NCBI GenBank assembly: GCA_963705125.1
Contig: CAVPIY010000011.1
Coordinates: 222,953 to 286,952 of the forward strand
Direction of reading: 5' to 3'
DNA from: an uncultured Bacteroidales bacterium
GTDB taxonomy: Bacteria; Bacteroidota; Bacteroidia; Bacteroidales; UBA10428
Length of the DNA stretch: 64,000 nucleotides
Shown: piece after piece, positions 43,725 through 53,720 of the stretch
Position numbering within the stretch: position 1 is the stretch's first letter
How the letters are laid out: every line of letters begins with the position of its first letter
Position numbers and translations under genes: made by a program
The notes under the pieces: model-generated
Told to the model about the DNA's origin: nothing
Databases searched by the model: none
Seen by the model: only the letters and a program-made list of their open reading frames with translations

Positions 43725-45557
43725 TTACTTATGTGTATCCCGGCCTTCCCATCCACTCTTGCCCTCGTCCATGAAGACTTCCTGCAATGTTTTCGAGACC
43801 CGCTTGTCCACTTCTTCAACCAGCTGAATCCGTAACGGGTTTGTCAGGCGTTTTTGCCATTCAATCACCGGAGTATAGGGTTCAGCGGTTTTGTCGGTTT
43901 CAAAAATGAGATACGCCCATTTTTCAGCAAACACATTTCCCTTTAATGCAGGAACTACCTGTTGCATATTGGATGACAGGAAGGGATGTGAAAGGCCACG
44001 GGCCCAATAGATCCAGGGTCCTGCGGTAATGTAGAAAAAAGGATTCAGGAGTCGGGTGGGTGATTCCAGACCGGTATTTGAATAGCTGAGCTGAATGCCG
44101 GCAAAACCAATGCCTTTTTCCTTGTTAAAAAAGATGATCCAGGGTACATCAGCCTCCATCTTCAGATCTGTCAGGTCAGGCATATTGGTGACATCGTATA
44201 CGATAACCTGGTCTCTTACCACATCATACCAGGCGGCATGGGTGATCTGCTCCCTTCTGAAAACCATTTCTGCATTCCGCAGGGCAAGGGCCTGCACTGT
44301 TTCATTGATCCTCATGCAGGTTGTACTGATGAAATAAGGCACGCCCGGGTAGAATTCATATCTTAATGAAGCATCCACTTCGGGTACCTCGCGCAGGAAG
44401 TCCCACACTTCACTTCGGGCAATTACCGGACCGGAGACGGTTTTTATATTTCTGGGCGGCTTCCAGTCAGCCGTGTGTGTCCAGGGACGGGGAGGAACAT
44501 AGATATCCGGGTTCCAGTGCATGGCCCCATTGGTTTCCAGCCGGTGATAAAAGGGAAAATCGGGTTTGCTTTTCAGGGTGATCTGATCAAGATGGCCGGA
44601 ATTGGGATGCAGGGCGATCGACAGGGCACTGTTGTCGACCAGGAGTCCCGGTTCCTGTCCCTGAATTCTCAGGTCAGTCTGATACAGCTTTACCATGGCA
44701 TCCGGATTATTATAATACACCAGGTATACACGGCTTGATTTAGCCGGCACATCCGCAAGAAAAGCAACACGCGCAGTTACTGTAGGAAGCCACAGCGGTA
44801 CCTGCCGGGTTGGTTTGCCATCCTTATCCGGGGCAAGATCATCTTCTTTCAGGTATTCCATGACATCGTAGACTTGTGAGGGGACTTCAGTAAGAACGTG
44901 ACTTTCAGGGTCCATTGCCATCACTCTGATATCCCGGATCAATTGCTGTGCCTCATCAGGATAAAATGCCAGCAGTATCTCAACCGGTTCATTGGTCCGG
45001 TTGATCCCCGCAGTCTCACTCAGCACAACTGACTTATAACCTTTCCATTCCTTGTTGTAAGCCTGCACACCCATGGGTGCCCGCACTTTTTTGGTCGAAC
45101 TGATCAATATGTCTTCTTTTGCGGCATGAATGGATTTCTTCATGCGTACAGAGAGCCGGATGCTATATTCCTGTCCGGGCAGCCACCTTACCCAGCCCAC
45201 CACACTCAGGTTTTTATACTGCGTACCATCCTGTGATACACTGTATCCTGATGGCGGACGTTCAGAAATCGGCGGTCTGTTTATATCTTCCAAATCACTT
45301 TCCCTACGTATATCAATAGCTCTCAACACATTGCCATCAACTGCCGCCTCCACCTCAATTATGGCCGGTTCGGGCAAATCAAGATCTGCCTTAAAGTGAT
45401 AAAAAGGAATACCCGGACAGGGGTATCCCAATTCAATCTTCGCAACGTTCAACTCCCTCCCCTCACCTGACTTCTGGGCAGAGGCGGGTACTGCGAATAC
45501 CATCGTCAGCAGAAAAACGATGAATAATTCCGGATAAAATAAATTACGTCTTTTCAT
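43725..45557 (-). CDS. hypothetical secreted protein
   Basis: 610-aa ORF with a signal peptide ending 'VPASAQ'. It is tightly packed (25-28 nt gaps) between the C-N hydrolase and paralogue A. No family recognised. Confidence 0.5.
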   Translation of the reverse strand: MKRRNLFYPELFIVFLLTMVFAVPASAQKSGEGRELNVAKIELGYPCPGIPFYHFKADLDLPEPAIIEVEAAVDGNVLRAIDIRRESDLEDINRPPISERPPSGYSVSQDGTQYKNLSVVGWVRWLPGQEYSIRLSVRMKKSIHAAKEDILISSTKKVRAPMGVQAYNKEWKGYKSVVLSETAGINRTNEPVEILLAFYPDEAQQLIRDIRVMAMDPESHVLTEVPSQVYDVMEYLKEDDLAPDKDGKPTRQVPLWLPTVTARVAFLADVPAKSSRVYLVYYNNPDAMVKLYQTDLRIQGQEPGLLVDNSALSIALHPNSGHLDQITLKSKPDFPFYHRLETNGAMHWNPDIYVPPRPWTHTADWKPPRNIKTVSGPVIARSEVWDFLREVPEVDASLRYEFYPGVPYFISTTCMRINETVQALALRNAEMVFRREQITHAAWYDVVRDQVIVYDVTNMPDLTDLKMEADVPWIIFFNKEKGIGFAGIQLSYSNTGLESPTRLLNPFFYITAGPWIYWARGLSHPFLSSNMQQVVPALKGNVFAEKWAYLIFETDKTAEPYTPVIEWQKRLTNPLRIQLVEEVDKRVSKTLQEVFMDEGKSGWEGRDTHK

Positions 45558-45582
45558 AATACTGGCTTTTAAAATAGTTGAT

Positions 45583-48252
45583 CTATTGTTCTGTTATCAG
45601 ATTTCTTTCCCGCAAAGCCTTTACACCATTTTCCCAGGGTCCGCCAGCTCCCCATATATAATAAGAGAAATACATGGTACTTTTCTGATAAATGGGTGTC
45701 CAGGGTTGGAACTCAGCATAATAATAATGTGCATCTCCATTAACTGGATGGTTCATCCACATATGCAGGAACAAGGGTTCCGTAACCGGAAATGCACCGA
45801 CAAAGGCAATATCTTCCTTTGTATCATAACCTGCATTCCAGCCTTCTTTCAGGAAGAATAACCGGCCATAATATTTTTCCGGCTTCATGATGTACTCATG
45901 CACCCCGTCTTTCTCGGGGATCGTAAATACATCCTCCGTCCAGTGCCTGGCTCCCAGCTCAAGTATGGGCTGGGGACCAAGGACATTTGCTTCTGGATTC
46001 TTAAAGGTAAGTGCAAACTGCACTTCAAGCAAGGGAGAGTTCCCATACAGCGTAAAGATTTTCTCCAGCTTGTTACCATAATAATCTGCGGTCATTTTTA
46101 CCCGTACATAATCACCTTCCTTTTTCAGGATTTCGGCATCATACACTTTATGCGTTTCCATACTGCCCTGTCCCAGGAAATCTTCAAAACCGCCATAGGG
46201 GTAGTATCCTCTTTTTCTGTAAGCTCGTTTTTCATCACTGGCCTTATCGGGCCAGAGTTTAAACAGTATGTTGTCCTGCCGTGATTTAACAATATATTCA
46301 ATTACTCGGGCCCCGGTTGACAGCAAGGTTACCTGTATACTGTCATTTTCCATCCGATATTCCATGATCCCGTCACTGTTCAGATCCACCTCATACACAT
46401 AGGGGGCTCCATTAGCTGCTCCCACGCCGAGCTGACTCAGGTTTTCAACACCCAGGGCTGACACTTTAACCTGGTAACTGCCTGCCGGCACGTCCAGGTC
46501 AAATGACATATCCTTAAAAGTGGCTTTCCCCGTAGTACATGTTTTTGAAGTTGTATATACCACTTTCTTTGGATTGTTTTTATCCAGCACTTCTACTTTC
46601 ACCGGAAATGTTGCTTTGTCAGAAAAATTATGGACGGTCACCGGATAAGTAACTTTGGGAGTATGACCATACAATAACTGGTGGACAGAAATAGCGCGGG
46701 GCAGATCCAGAATTGCCAGGGTGCTCTTTTTGTTGCTGCCCCACTTGTAATGAACGGCGACCGGATTTGTTTTATCCATAGCACTGGCCTGAGGTTGCAG
46801 TCCAAAATCAAGTGTCTTTGAACTGTGGGCTGGCAGATTGACCTGCACGGACAAAGGACCCCCCATTTTCAATTCCGGTGGGAGCACTACCTCAACTGTT
46901 CCGGATACAGGCTGTGCATAGGTATTGGTTATGGTCACCTTAAGCTGGTATTTATCTGTGAAGGCCTCAAGATTGATCCGGTCACCAAAGTATTCTTCCA
47001 GATAAACGCGATCAAGTAACAACAATTCCAGTGCATTGCGGTACAGGGCAGGACCCATCATTTTTCCAATTCCCAAAACACCGACAGCACGCCTGTCCAT
47101 GATGGCATCCCACATGAGTTTCTTTGTCATCGTTTCTCCCTTCTTCGTAAACAGGACCATGCAGGGAATGGCATCACTATCCAGTGTACCGGTTGTTGTC
47201 ACAAACGGAACATCCTCATTGTCTATCTGTTCTTTATTCCCTTCCCCGGCAATATACCCGTCATATACATAGGGATCTGCAGCGGTATCAAATACCTGCC
47301 TGAAAACATAGCCCTCCTTTTCATGTGCATACTTTATCCAGGATTCAGTGGTGAACATACTCTGAACCTGCAAACCATCATAGTTCCTGCATCCGTATAT
47401 TTGTCCGAAACCCACATCAGCCACTACCGGGAGGTTGACTTTGCCAAGCCATTCCACAAGTTCGTTCTGTGCCAGAAAATCCATGTAACCACTGAATGTG
47501 AACCAGGAATTTCCTTCATTCATCCCCTTCCCGATCACTTCAAGCGGATGGCCTGCCGTGCAGGTGACACTTTTCAGCAGGGTTTCCGTACCAAACCATC
47601 CACGACGCAGGTCATACATGTCCAGCAGGTCCTTTGTGCCGTTTATGATTTCCAGAAGCCTTGCCCGCAGTTCCTTGCTTTTCGAGGATATAACATAAAT
47701 CTTCTTCGGTCCGTTTTCGAGGTAAAAAGCCTTTATTTCTGTAAAATCTTTCGCTCCAAACTGATGGCTCTTCAGTTTTTCTTTCCATTCATCCGCCGGC
47801 AACTTTCCCAGGAGCTTTTTGCCTGTTTCGGAATCCGGATCAGTCAATACGAGTATTGCATTATTTCCCGTCGACTCGCCCAGTTTCTGTAGGGTTGGCT
47901 GATCAAGCACAGTGTATTGTGCACCCAGTAAACCATTCATGAAGCTTTCCTGGAGGGATAAACCCGGCATTTTCATGTCGTCGGCAATATCAACCTTGCT
48001 CTGGGCAATGGTGTATTCCACATTGGGTACCGCGATCTTGAAAAGATTTCCATACCGGATCCATTCTCTGTAAATGTCGTGCCAGTAGTTGGTGTATCCG
48101 TTAAATTGAAAACTGGTTGTCACGGTATTCTTATCCGGTTGGAAAGAACCGTTGTACTTAAACTCATCCAGATTCTGAGCATAGGCCAGGCTGCTAATCC
48201 AGACCAGCGCTAATACAGGTAAAACACAGCGTATTTTCACAAAGCGTTTCAT
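45583..48252 (-). CDS. secreted protein of unknown family, tandem paralogue A
   Basis: 889-aa ORF with a signal peptide ending 'LAYAQ'. Roughly two-thirds identical by eye to 48286-50985 and 50997-53705. No catalytic family recognised. Confidence 0.55.
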   Translation of the reverse strand: MKRFVKIRCVLPVLALVWISSLAYAQNLDEFKYNGSFQPDKNTVTTSFQFNGYTNYWHDIYREWIRYGNLFKIAVPNVEYTIAQSKVDIADDMKMPGLSLQESFMNGLLGAQYTVLDQPTLQKLGESTGNNAILVLTDPDSETGKKLLGKLPADEWKEKLKSHQFGAKDFTEIKAFYLENGPKKIYVISSKSKELRARLLEIINGTKDLLDMYDLRRGWFGTETLLKSVTCTAGHPLEVIGKGMNEGNSWFTFSGYMDFLAQNELVEWLGKVNLPVVADVGFGQIYGCRNYDGLQVQSMFTTESWIKYAHEKEGYVFRQVFDTAADPYVYDGYIAGEGNKEQIDNEDVPFVTTTGTLDSDAIPCMVLFTKKGETMTKKLMWDAIMDRRAVGVLGIGKMMGPALYRNALELLLLDRVYLEEYFGDRINLEAFTDKYQLKVTITNTYAQPVSGTVEVVLPPELKMGGPLSVQVNLPAHSSKTLDFGLQPQASAMDKTNPVAVHYKWGSNKKSTLAILDLPRAISVHQLLYGHTPKVTYPVTVHNFSDKATFPVKVEVLDKNNPKKVVYTTSKTCTTGKATFKDMSFDLDVPAGSYQVKVSALGVENLSQLGVGAANGAPYVYEVDLNSDGIMEYRMENDSIQVTLLSTGARVIEYIVKSRQDNILFKLWPDKASDEKRAYRKRGYYPYGGFEDFLGQGSMETHKVYDAEILKKEGDYVRVKMTADYYGNKLEKIFTLYGNSPLLEVQFALTFKNPEANVLGPQPILELGARHWTEDVFTIPEKDGVHEYIMKPEKYYGRLFFLKEGWNAGYDTKEDIAFVGAFPVTEPLFLHMWMNHPVNGDAHYYYAEFQPWTPIYQKSTMYFSYYIWGAGGPWENGVKALRERNLITEQ

Positions 48253-48285
48253 GATAATTGGGTATTATTTGATTAATATGTATAG

Positions 48286-50985
48286 TTATCGTTTACTTAT
48301 CAGATTACGGATCCTTAGCTCTTGCAGGCTGTTTTGCCATTTCCCTCCGGCACCCCACAAATAATAGGTAAAATACGATGTGGTTTTCTGAATAATCGGG
48401 ACCCAGGGCTGGTATTCATTGAAATCATAATGCGCATCCGGATTGGTGGCCAGATTCTGAAACATATGCAGAAACAGGGGACGCTTTACCGGAAAGGCCC
48501 CTACAAAGCTGATGTCTTCCTGCGGATCATAGCCTGAATCCCATCCTTCCTCTGGAAATATTACCTGTCCAACATAGAATTCAGGTCTCATCCGGTATTC
48601 CTTCAATCCGTTCTTTTCCGGTACAGTAAATACATCCTCTGTCCAGTGTTTCTTCCCAAGCACCAGTATTGGCACTGGTGCAATGACATTGGCTTCGGGA
48701 TTAATGAATCTAAAGGCATACCTTACTTCAAGCAGGGGTGAGTTTCCATACAGGGTGAATGTTTTCTCCAGTATGTTGCCATAATAATCTGCTGTCATTT
48801 TTACGCTCACATAATCCCCTTCACTTTTCACAATCTCAGCCGAATATACCTTATGGGTCTCCATACTTCCCTGTCCGAGGAAATCTTCAAAACCGCCATA
48901 AGGATAATAGTTTCTTTTTCTGAATTCCCGCTTGTCATCAACCGGTTTTTCCGGCCAAAGCTTAAACAGGACGTTATCGTTCCTCGATTTCACAAAATAC
49001 TCAATAACACGTGCCCCTGTTGCAAGAAGTGTCACCTGCACGCTGTCATTCTCCATTCTGTATTCGTCAACACCATCGCTGTTCAGGTCAATGGCAGTCA
49101 GGGTTGGTGCGCCCACTGCTTTTCCGACGCCCAGCTGACTGAAATTTTCAACGCCCAATGCAGCAACCTTCACGGAATAGTTACCTGCCGGCAAATCCAG
49201 GTCAAATAATATATCCATGTATGTTCCGGTTTCGGCTGTGCAGGATTTTGAAGCAGTATAAACAACCTTCTTTGGATCATCCTTCTCCACCACCTCAACC
49301 TTCACCGGAAATTCCGCTTTATCTGAGAAATTATGGATACTGACCGGGTAACTGACCTTTGGTGCATGACCGTATAGCAGCTGGTGGACAGAGATTGCGG
49401 GAGGAAGGTCCAGCATGGAAAGCGCACTTTTTTTACCAGTACCCCAGTTGTAATGCAGTGCTATTGGATTTGTCTTAGCCATTGCGGATTCAAGGGGCTG
49501 TATCCTGAACTGCAATGTTTTCGAACTTATGGCAGGAAGACTTACCTGTGCAGACAAGTCATCGGCCATTTTCAATTCAGGAGGAAGCACAATTTCAAGA
49601 GTGCCGGAGACTGCATGTGTATAGGTATTGGTAAGGCTAACATTCAGCAGGTAACCATCTGTGGATGCTTCAAGACTGATACGGTCACCGAAATATTCCT
49701 CAAGAAAAACCCGGTCCAGCAGCAGGAATTCAAGAACATGACGGTAAAGTGCAGGACCCATCATTTTTCCGTTGCCCAGCACAGCCACTTCCCTCCGGTC
49801 CATAATGGCATCCCACATGCGTTGTTTCGTAATCTGATCCCCCTTTTTAATAAACAGTACCATACAGGGAACAACATCATTTTCAAGGCCTCCTGTTGTT
49901 GTTACGAAAGGAACATTCTCCCTGTCAATCTGCTCCTTATTACCTTCACCGGCAATATAGCCGTCATAATGATACAGTTCCGCTGCAGGATCATATACCG
50001 ACCGGAAAGTATAACCACCTCTGTCTTTTGCGAACTTAAGCCATGATTCTATGGTCCACATATTCTGAGGCTGTAATCCGTCAAAGTTTTTGCATCCGTA
50101 AATGGCCTGCTGTGCAATATCATGCACGTAACCGACGTATGCCCCGACATCTGCTATCACCGGAAGATTTACTTTGGACAACCACACATCAAGTTCATCT
50201 TGTGCCAGATAATCCATGTAACCACTGAATGTGAACCAGGTATTGCCTTCATTCATACCCTTGCCGATAACTTCCAGGGGATGTCCGGGTGTAATTGTAA
50301 CACTCTTTAATAATGTCTCCGTTCCAAACCATCCACGGTGCAGGTCATATTTACCCAATAATTCCTTTGAATTTTCAATCAAACCAATGACTTTATCGCG
50401 GAGCTCTTTGCTTTTCGATGAGATCACATATATTTTCCTGGTACCGTTCTCGAGATAGAAGGCATTAACCTCAGTAAAATTCTTGGCATCAAATTGATGA
50501 CTCTTCAGTCTATCCTTCCATTCATCTGCTGGCAACTTTGCCATGAGTTTCTTACCCGTTTCCGTATCCGGATCGGTTAATACCAGAACACCGGACCGGG
50601 TCAATGACTCACCCAGTTTTTGCATGCTGGGTTGATCAAGCAACGTATATGACTCAGCCAGTAATCCATACAGAAAACCCTCCTGGACCGATAAACCCGG
50701 GACCATCATATCACCGGCAATATCCACCTTGCTCTGTGCTATGGTTAATGCCACATTGGGTGATGCTATCTTAAAAAGGTTTCCGAAACGGGTCCATTCC
50801 CGGTAAATGTCATGCCAGTAATTGGTATATCCGTTGAACTGAAATGCTGATTTCATGGCATTTTCGTCGGGGCGTAATGAACCCTTGAATTTGTATTCGT
50901 CCAGATTCTGTGCCGTTAACACATTGCACATCAATAAGAGACCAATTGCCAGTGGATTGAGAAAATTTTTCAAAAGTGAATTCAT
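48286..50985 (-). CDS. secreted protein of unknown family, tandem paralogue B
   Basis: 899-aa ORF with a signal peptide ending 'VLTAQ'. It shares blocks with A and C such as 'FQFNGYTNYWHDIYREW', 'GHPLEVIGKGMNEGN.WFTFSGYMD' and 'YYPYGGFEDFLGQGSMETHKVY'. Confidence 0.55.
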   Translation of the reverse strand: MNSLLKNFLNPLAIGLLLMCNVLTAQNLDEYKFKGSLRPDENAMKSAFQFNGYTNYWHDIYREWTRFGNLFKIASPNVALTIAQSKVDIAGDMMVPGLSVQEGFLYGLLAESYTLLDQPSMQKLGESLTRSGVLVLTDPDTETGKKLMAKLPADEWKDRLKSHQFDAKNFTEVNAFYLENGTRKIYVISSKSKELRDKVIGLIENSKELLGKYDLHRGWFGTETLLKSVTITPGHPLEVIGKGMNEGNTWFTFSGYMDYLAQDELDVWLSKVNLPVIADVGAYVGYVHDIAQQAIYGCKNFDGLQPQNMWTIESWLKFAKDRGGYTFRSVYDPAAELYHYDGYIAGEGNKEQIDRENVPFVTTTGGLENDVVPCMVLFIKKGDQITKQRMWDAIMDRREVAVLGNGKMMGPALYRHVLEFLLLDRVFLEEYFGDRISLEASTDGYLLNVSLTNTYTHAVSGTLEIVLPPELKMADDLSAQVSLPAISSKTLQFRIQPLESAMAKTNPIALHYNWGTGKKSALSMLDLPPAISVHQLLYGHAPKVSYPVSIHNFSDKAEFPVKVEVVEKDDPKKVVYTASKSCTAETGTYMDILFDLDLPAGNYSVKVAALGVENFSQLGVGKAVGAPTLTAIDLNSDGVDEYRMENDSVQVTLLATGARVIEYFVKSRNDNVLFKLWPEKPVDDKREFRKRNYYPYGGFEDFLGQGSMETHKVYSAEIVKSEGDYVSVKMTADYYGNILEKTFTLYGNSPLLEVRYAFRFINPEANVIAPVPILVLGKKHWTEDVFTVPEKNGLKEYRMRPEFYVGQVIFPEEGWDSGYDPQEDISFVGAFPVKRPLFLHMFQNLATNPDAHYDFNEYQPWVPIIQKTTSYFTYYLWGAGGKWQNSLQELRIRNLISKR

Positions 50986-50996
50986 GGTAAGTATTA

Positions 50997-53705
50997 TTAT
51001 TGTTCAGTAATTAGATTTCTGTCCCGCAATGCCTGCACGCCCCTTTCCCATCTGCCTCCTGCTCCCCACATGTAGAAGGTGAAATAGGTTGTCGATTTCT
51101 GAAGTATCGGCACCCAGGGTTGGAATTCATGACAATAAAAATGTGCATCCTGATTTACCGGATGGTTCATGAACATGTGCAGGAATAATGGTGGTTTTAC
51201 CGGGAATGCACTGATGAAAGATATATCTTCCCTTGTATCATAACCAGCATCCCAGCCCTCTGCAGGAAAAAATATCCTGCCATAATATCGTTCCGGCAGC
51301 ATCCTGAATTCCTGTAAGCCATCCCCGGCAGGAACAATGAATACATCTTCTGTTCCGTGCTTTTCGCCCAGTTCGAGAACGGGTACCGGTGCTATCATGT
51401 TGGCTTCAGGATTGCTGAATGTTATGGCAAACCTTACCTCAAGAAGGGGCGAATTTCCATAGAGCGTATAGGTTTTTTCCAGTTTGTTGCCGAAATAATC
51501 AGCTGTCATCTTCACCTGTACTTGATCTCCTTCCTTCCTGGTAATTTCCGCGTTGTACAATTTATGCGTTTCCATGCTTGCCTGCCCGAGGAAATCTTCA
51601 AATCCTCCATAGGGGTAGTAACCTCTTTTCCGGAATTCCCTTTTGTCATCCACTGGTTTTACGGGCCAGATCCTATATAAGGCATTGTCATTCCGGGATT
51701 TTATAATATACTCTATTACCCTTCCTCCGGTCGCAAGCAGGGTTATTTTTACACTGTCGTTTTCCATGATATATTCATCTACTCCGTCATTGTTCAGGTC
51801 GATGGCAGTTAGTTCTGGTGATCCTTCCGCCTTTCCAACACCCAACTGGTTAAGGCTTTCAATACCCAGGGCTGATACATTGACCTGATAACTTCCTGCA
51901 GGCACCTCCAGGTCAAATGCCATGTCACAGAATGTACCGGTTTCAGTTGTGCATGTTTTTATTGTTGTATAAATCACCTTATTTGAATTGTTGATATCCA
52001 GCACCTTTACCTCAACCGGGAAAGATGGCTTATCTGTGAAATTATGAATGGTAACCGGATACGTGAGGCGTGGTGCATGTCCATATAACAGCTGGTGGGC
52101 CGAAATGGCCGGAGGCAAGTCAAGCATGGTCAGTGTGCTTTTTTTACCCTCTTCCCAATTGTAATGCACGGCGATCGGATTGGTACGATTCATGGCATCA
52201 GCCAGGGGCTGTATTTTGAAGTTCAGGGTCTTTGAGCTGTAAGCAGGAAGACTGACCTGGGTTGTCATGTCTCCCCGCATTCGTAACTCAGGTGGAAGCA
52301 CAATCCCGAGTATTCCGGTTACAGCATGCGGGTATGTATTGGTGACCGTTACGCTGAGCTGGTAATTATCAGTAAAGGCTTCCAGATTGATCCGGTCGCC
52401 AAAATGCTCTTCCAGATACACCCGATCGAGGAGCAACAATTCCAGTGCATTACGGAACAGTTCAGGTCCCATCATAAGACCCTTTTCAAGCACTGCAACC
52501 TCACGCCTTTCCATAATGGATTCCCACATAAGCTCTTTTGTGAGTTGTTTTCCTTTTTCCACAAAAAGCATCATGCATGGAACTGCATCACTGTCCAGGG
52601 ACCCTGTATTTGTAACAAACGGAACATTCTCCTTGTCAACGTGTTCTTTGTCTCCCTCACCTGCCAGGTAACCATCATAGGGATACATGTCAGCCGCCGG
52701 ATCATACAATGAACGGAACGCATATCCGTTCCGGTCATGAACATATTTCAGCATGTATTCAAGTGTGTACATGCTCTGAACCAGCAAACCGTCATAGTTT
52801 TTACAGCCGTATATCGCCTGATTGTAAGGGGTAGGAATATAATTCATGTTGGTGCCGACATCTGCAACAACAGGCAGATTGACCCGCCTGAGCCATTCAT
52901 CGATCTCTTTCTGTGCCAGAAAATCCATATAACCGCTGAATGTGAACCACGTATTTCCTTCATTCATTCCTTTTCCAATCACTTCGAGCGGATGCCCTGC
53001 CGCACAGGTGACACTCTTCAGGAGGGTCTCTGCCCCAAACCAGCCCCGGTGAAGATCATACCTGTTAAGCAGATCTTTTGTGGCATTGATGATATCCTGA
53101 AGCATTGTCCGGAGTTCCCGGCTTGTAGAGGAGATAACATATATTTTCTTCGGCCCGTTTTCGAGATAAAACCCCCTGACTTCCGTGAAATCCTTTGCCC
53201 CGAACTGATGACTCTTCAGTTTATCCTTCCATGCATCTTCGGGCAGATTTCCTGCCAGCTTTTTACCTGTTTCGGTTGTGGGATCAGTCAGCACCAGCAC
53301 ACTGGTCTTTCCCAGGGATTCACTCAATTTTTGCAGTGATGGCTGATCCAGCACAACGGTCTGTTCAGAGAGCAATCCATTTATAAATCCTTCCTGAATG
53401 CGTAATCCCGGCATCTTCATATCACCGGCAACATCCACTTTGCCTTGTGCAATTGTATATTCCACATCGGCGGCTGCCATCTTAAAGAGGTTCCCATACC
53501 GGGCCCAGGTCCTGTATGTGTCATGCCAGTAATCAGTATAGCCATTAAACTGGAAACCGCTATTGACCAAATTTATATCCGGATGAAAGGACCCCTTGCA
53601 TATAAATTCATCCAGTTCCTGTGCAAAGGTTTCATTGCTGAGCAAAGTCAGGAACCAGGCAACAAGAACAAAGTGTTTTCTTATGAATAGTTTCATGGAT
53701 AACAA
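50997..53705 (-). CDS. secreted protein of unknown family, tandem paralogue C
   Basis: 902-aa ORF (start possibly at 53696, 'MKLFIRK') with a signal peptide ending 'ETFAQ'. It has the same conserved blocks as A and B. Confidence 0.55.
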   Translation of the reverse strand: MLSMKLFIRKHFVLVAWFLTLLSNETFAQELDEFICKGSFHPDINLVNSGFQFNGYTDYWHDTYRTWARYGNLFKMAAADVEYTIAQGKVDVAGDMKMPGLRIQEGFINGLLSEQTVVLDQPSLQKLSESLGKTSVLVLTDPTTETGKKLAGNLPEDAWKDKLKSHQFGAKDFTEVRGFYLENGPKKIYVISSTSRELRTMLQDIINATKDLLNRYDLHRGWFGAETLLKSVTCAAGHPLEVIGKGMNEGNTWFTFSGYMDFLAQKEIDEWLRRVNLPVVADVGTNMNYIPTPYNQAIYGCKNYDGLLVQSMYTLEYMLKYVHDRNGYAFRSLYDPAADMYPYDGYLAGEGDKEHVDKENVPFVTNTGSLDSDAVPCMMLFVEKGKQLTKELMWESIMERREVAVLEKGLMMGPELFRNALELLLLDRVYLEEHFGDRINLEAFTDNYQLSVTVTNTYPHAVTGILGIVLPPELRMRGDMTTQVSLPAYSSKTLNFKIQPLADAMNRTNPIAVHYNWEEGKKSTLTMLDLPPAISAHQLLYGHAPRLTYPVTIHNFTDKPSFPVEVKVLDINNSNKVIYTTIKTCTTETGTFCDMAFDLEVPAGSYQVNVSALGIESLNQLGVGKAEGSPELTAIDLNNDGVDEYIMENDSVKITLLATGGRVIEYIIKSRNDNALYRIWPVKPVDDKREFRKRGYYPYGGFEDFLGQASMETHKLYNAEITRKEGDQVQVKMTADYFGNKLEKTYTLYGNSPLLEVRFAITFSNPEANMIAPVPVLELGEKHGTEDVFIVPAGDGLQEFRMLPERYYGRIFFPAEGWDAGYDTREDISFISAFPVKPPLFLHMFMNHPVNQDAHFYCHEFQPWVPILQKSTTYFTFYMWGAGGRWERGVQALRDRNLITEQ

Positions 53706-53720
53706 ATCTGATTAAAGATG

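Noticed and set aside
52737-53339. 200-aa antisense ORF inside paralogue C. It has a similar 189-aa antisense ORF at the equivalent position of paralogue A (47323-47892), which looks like a conserved overlapping gene.
   Set aside because: The similarity is explained by conservation of the sense-strand genes. In paralogue B the equivalent antisense frame is broken into short pieces (50043-50458), so the antisense frame is not under selection.
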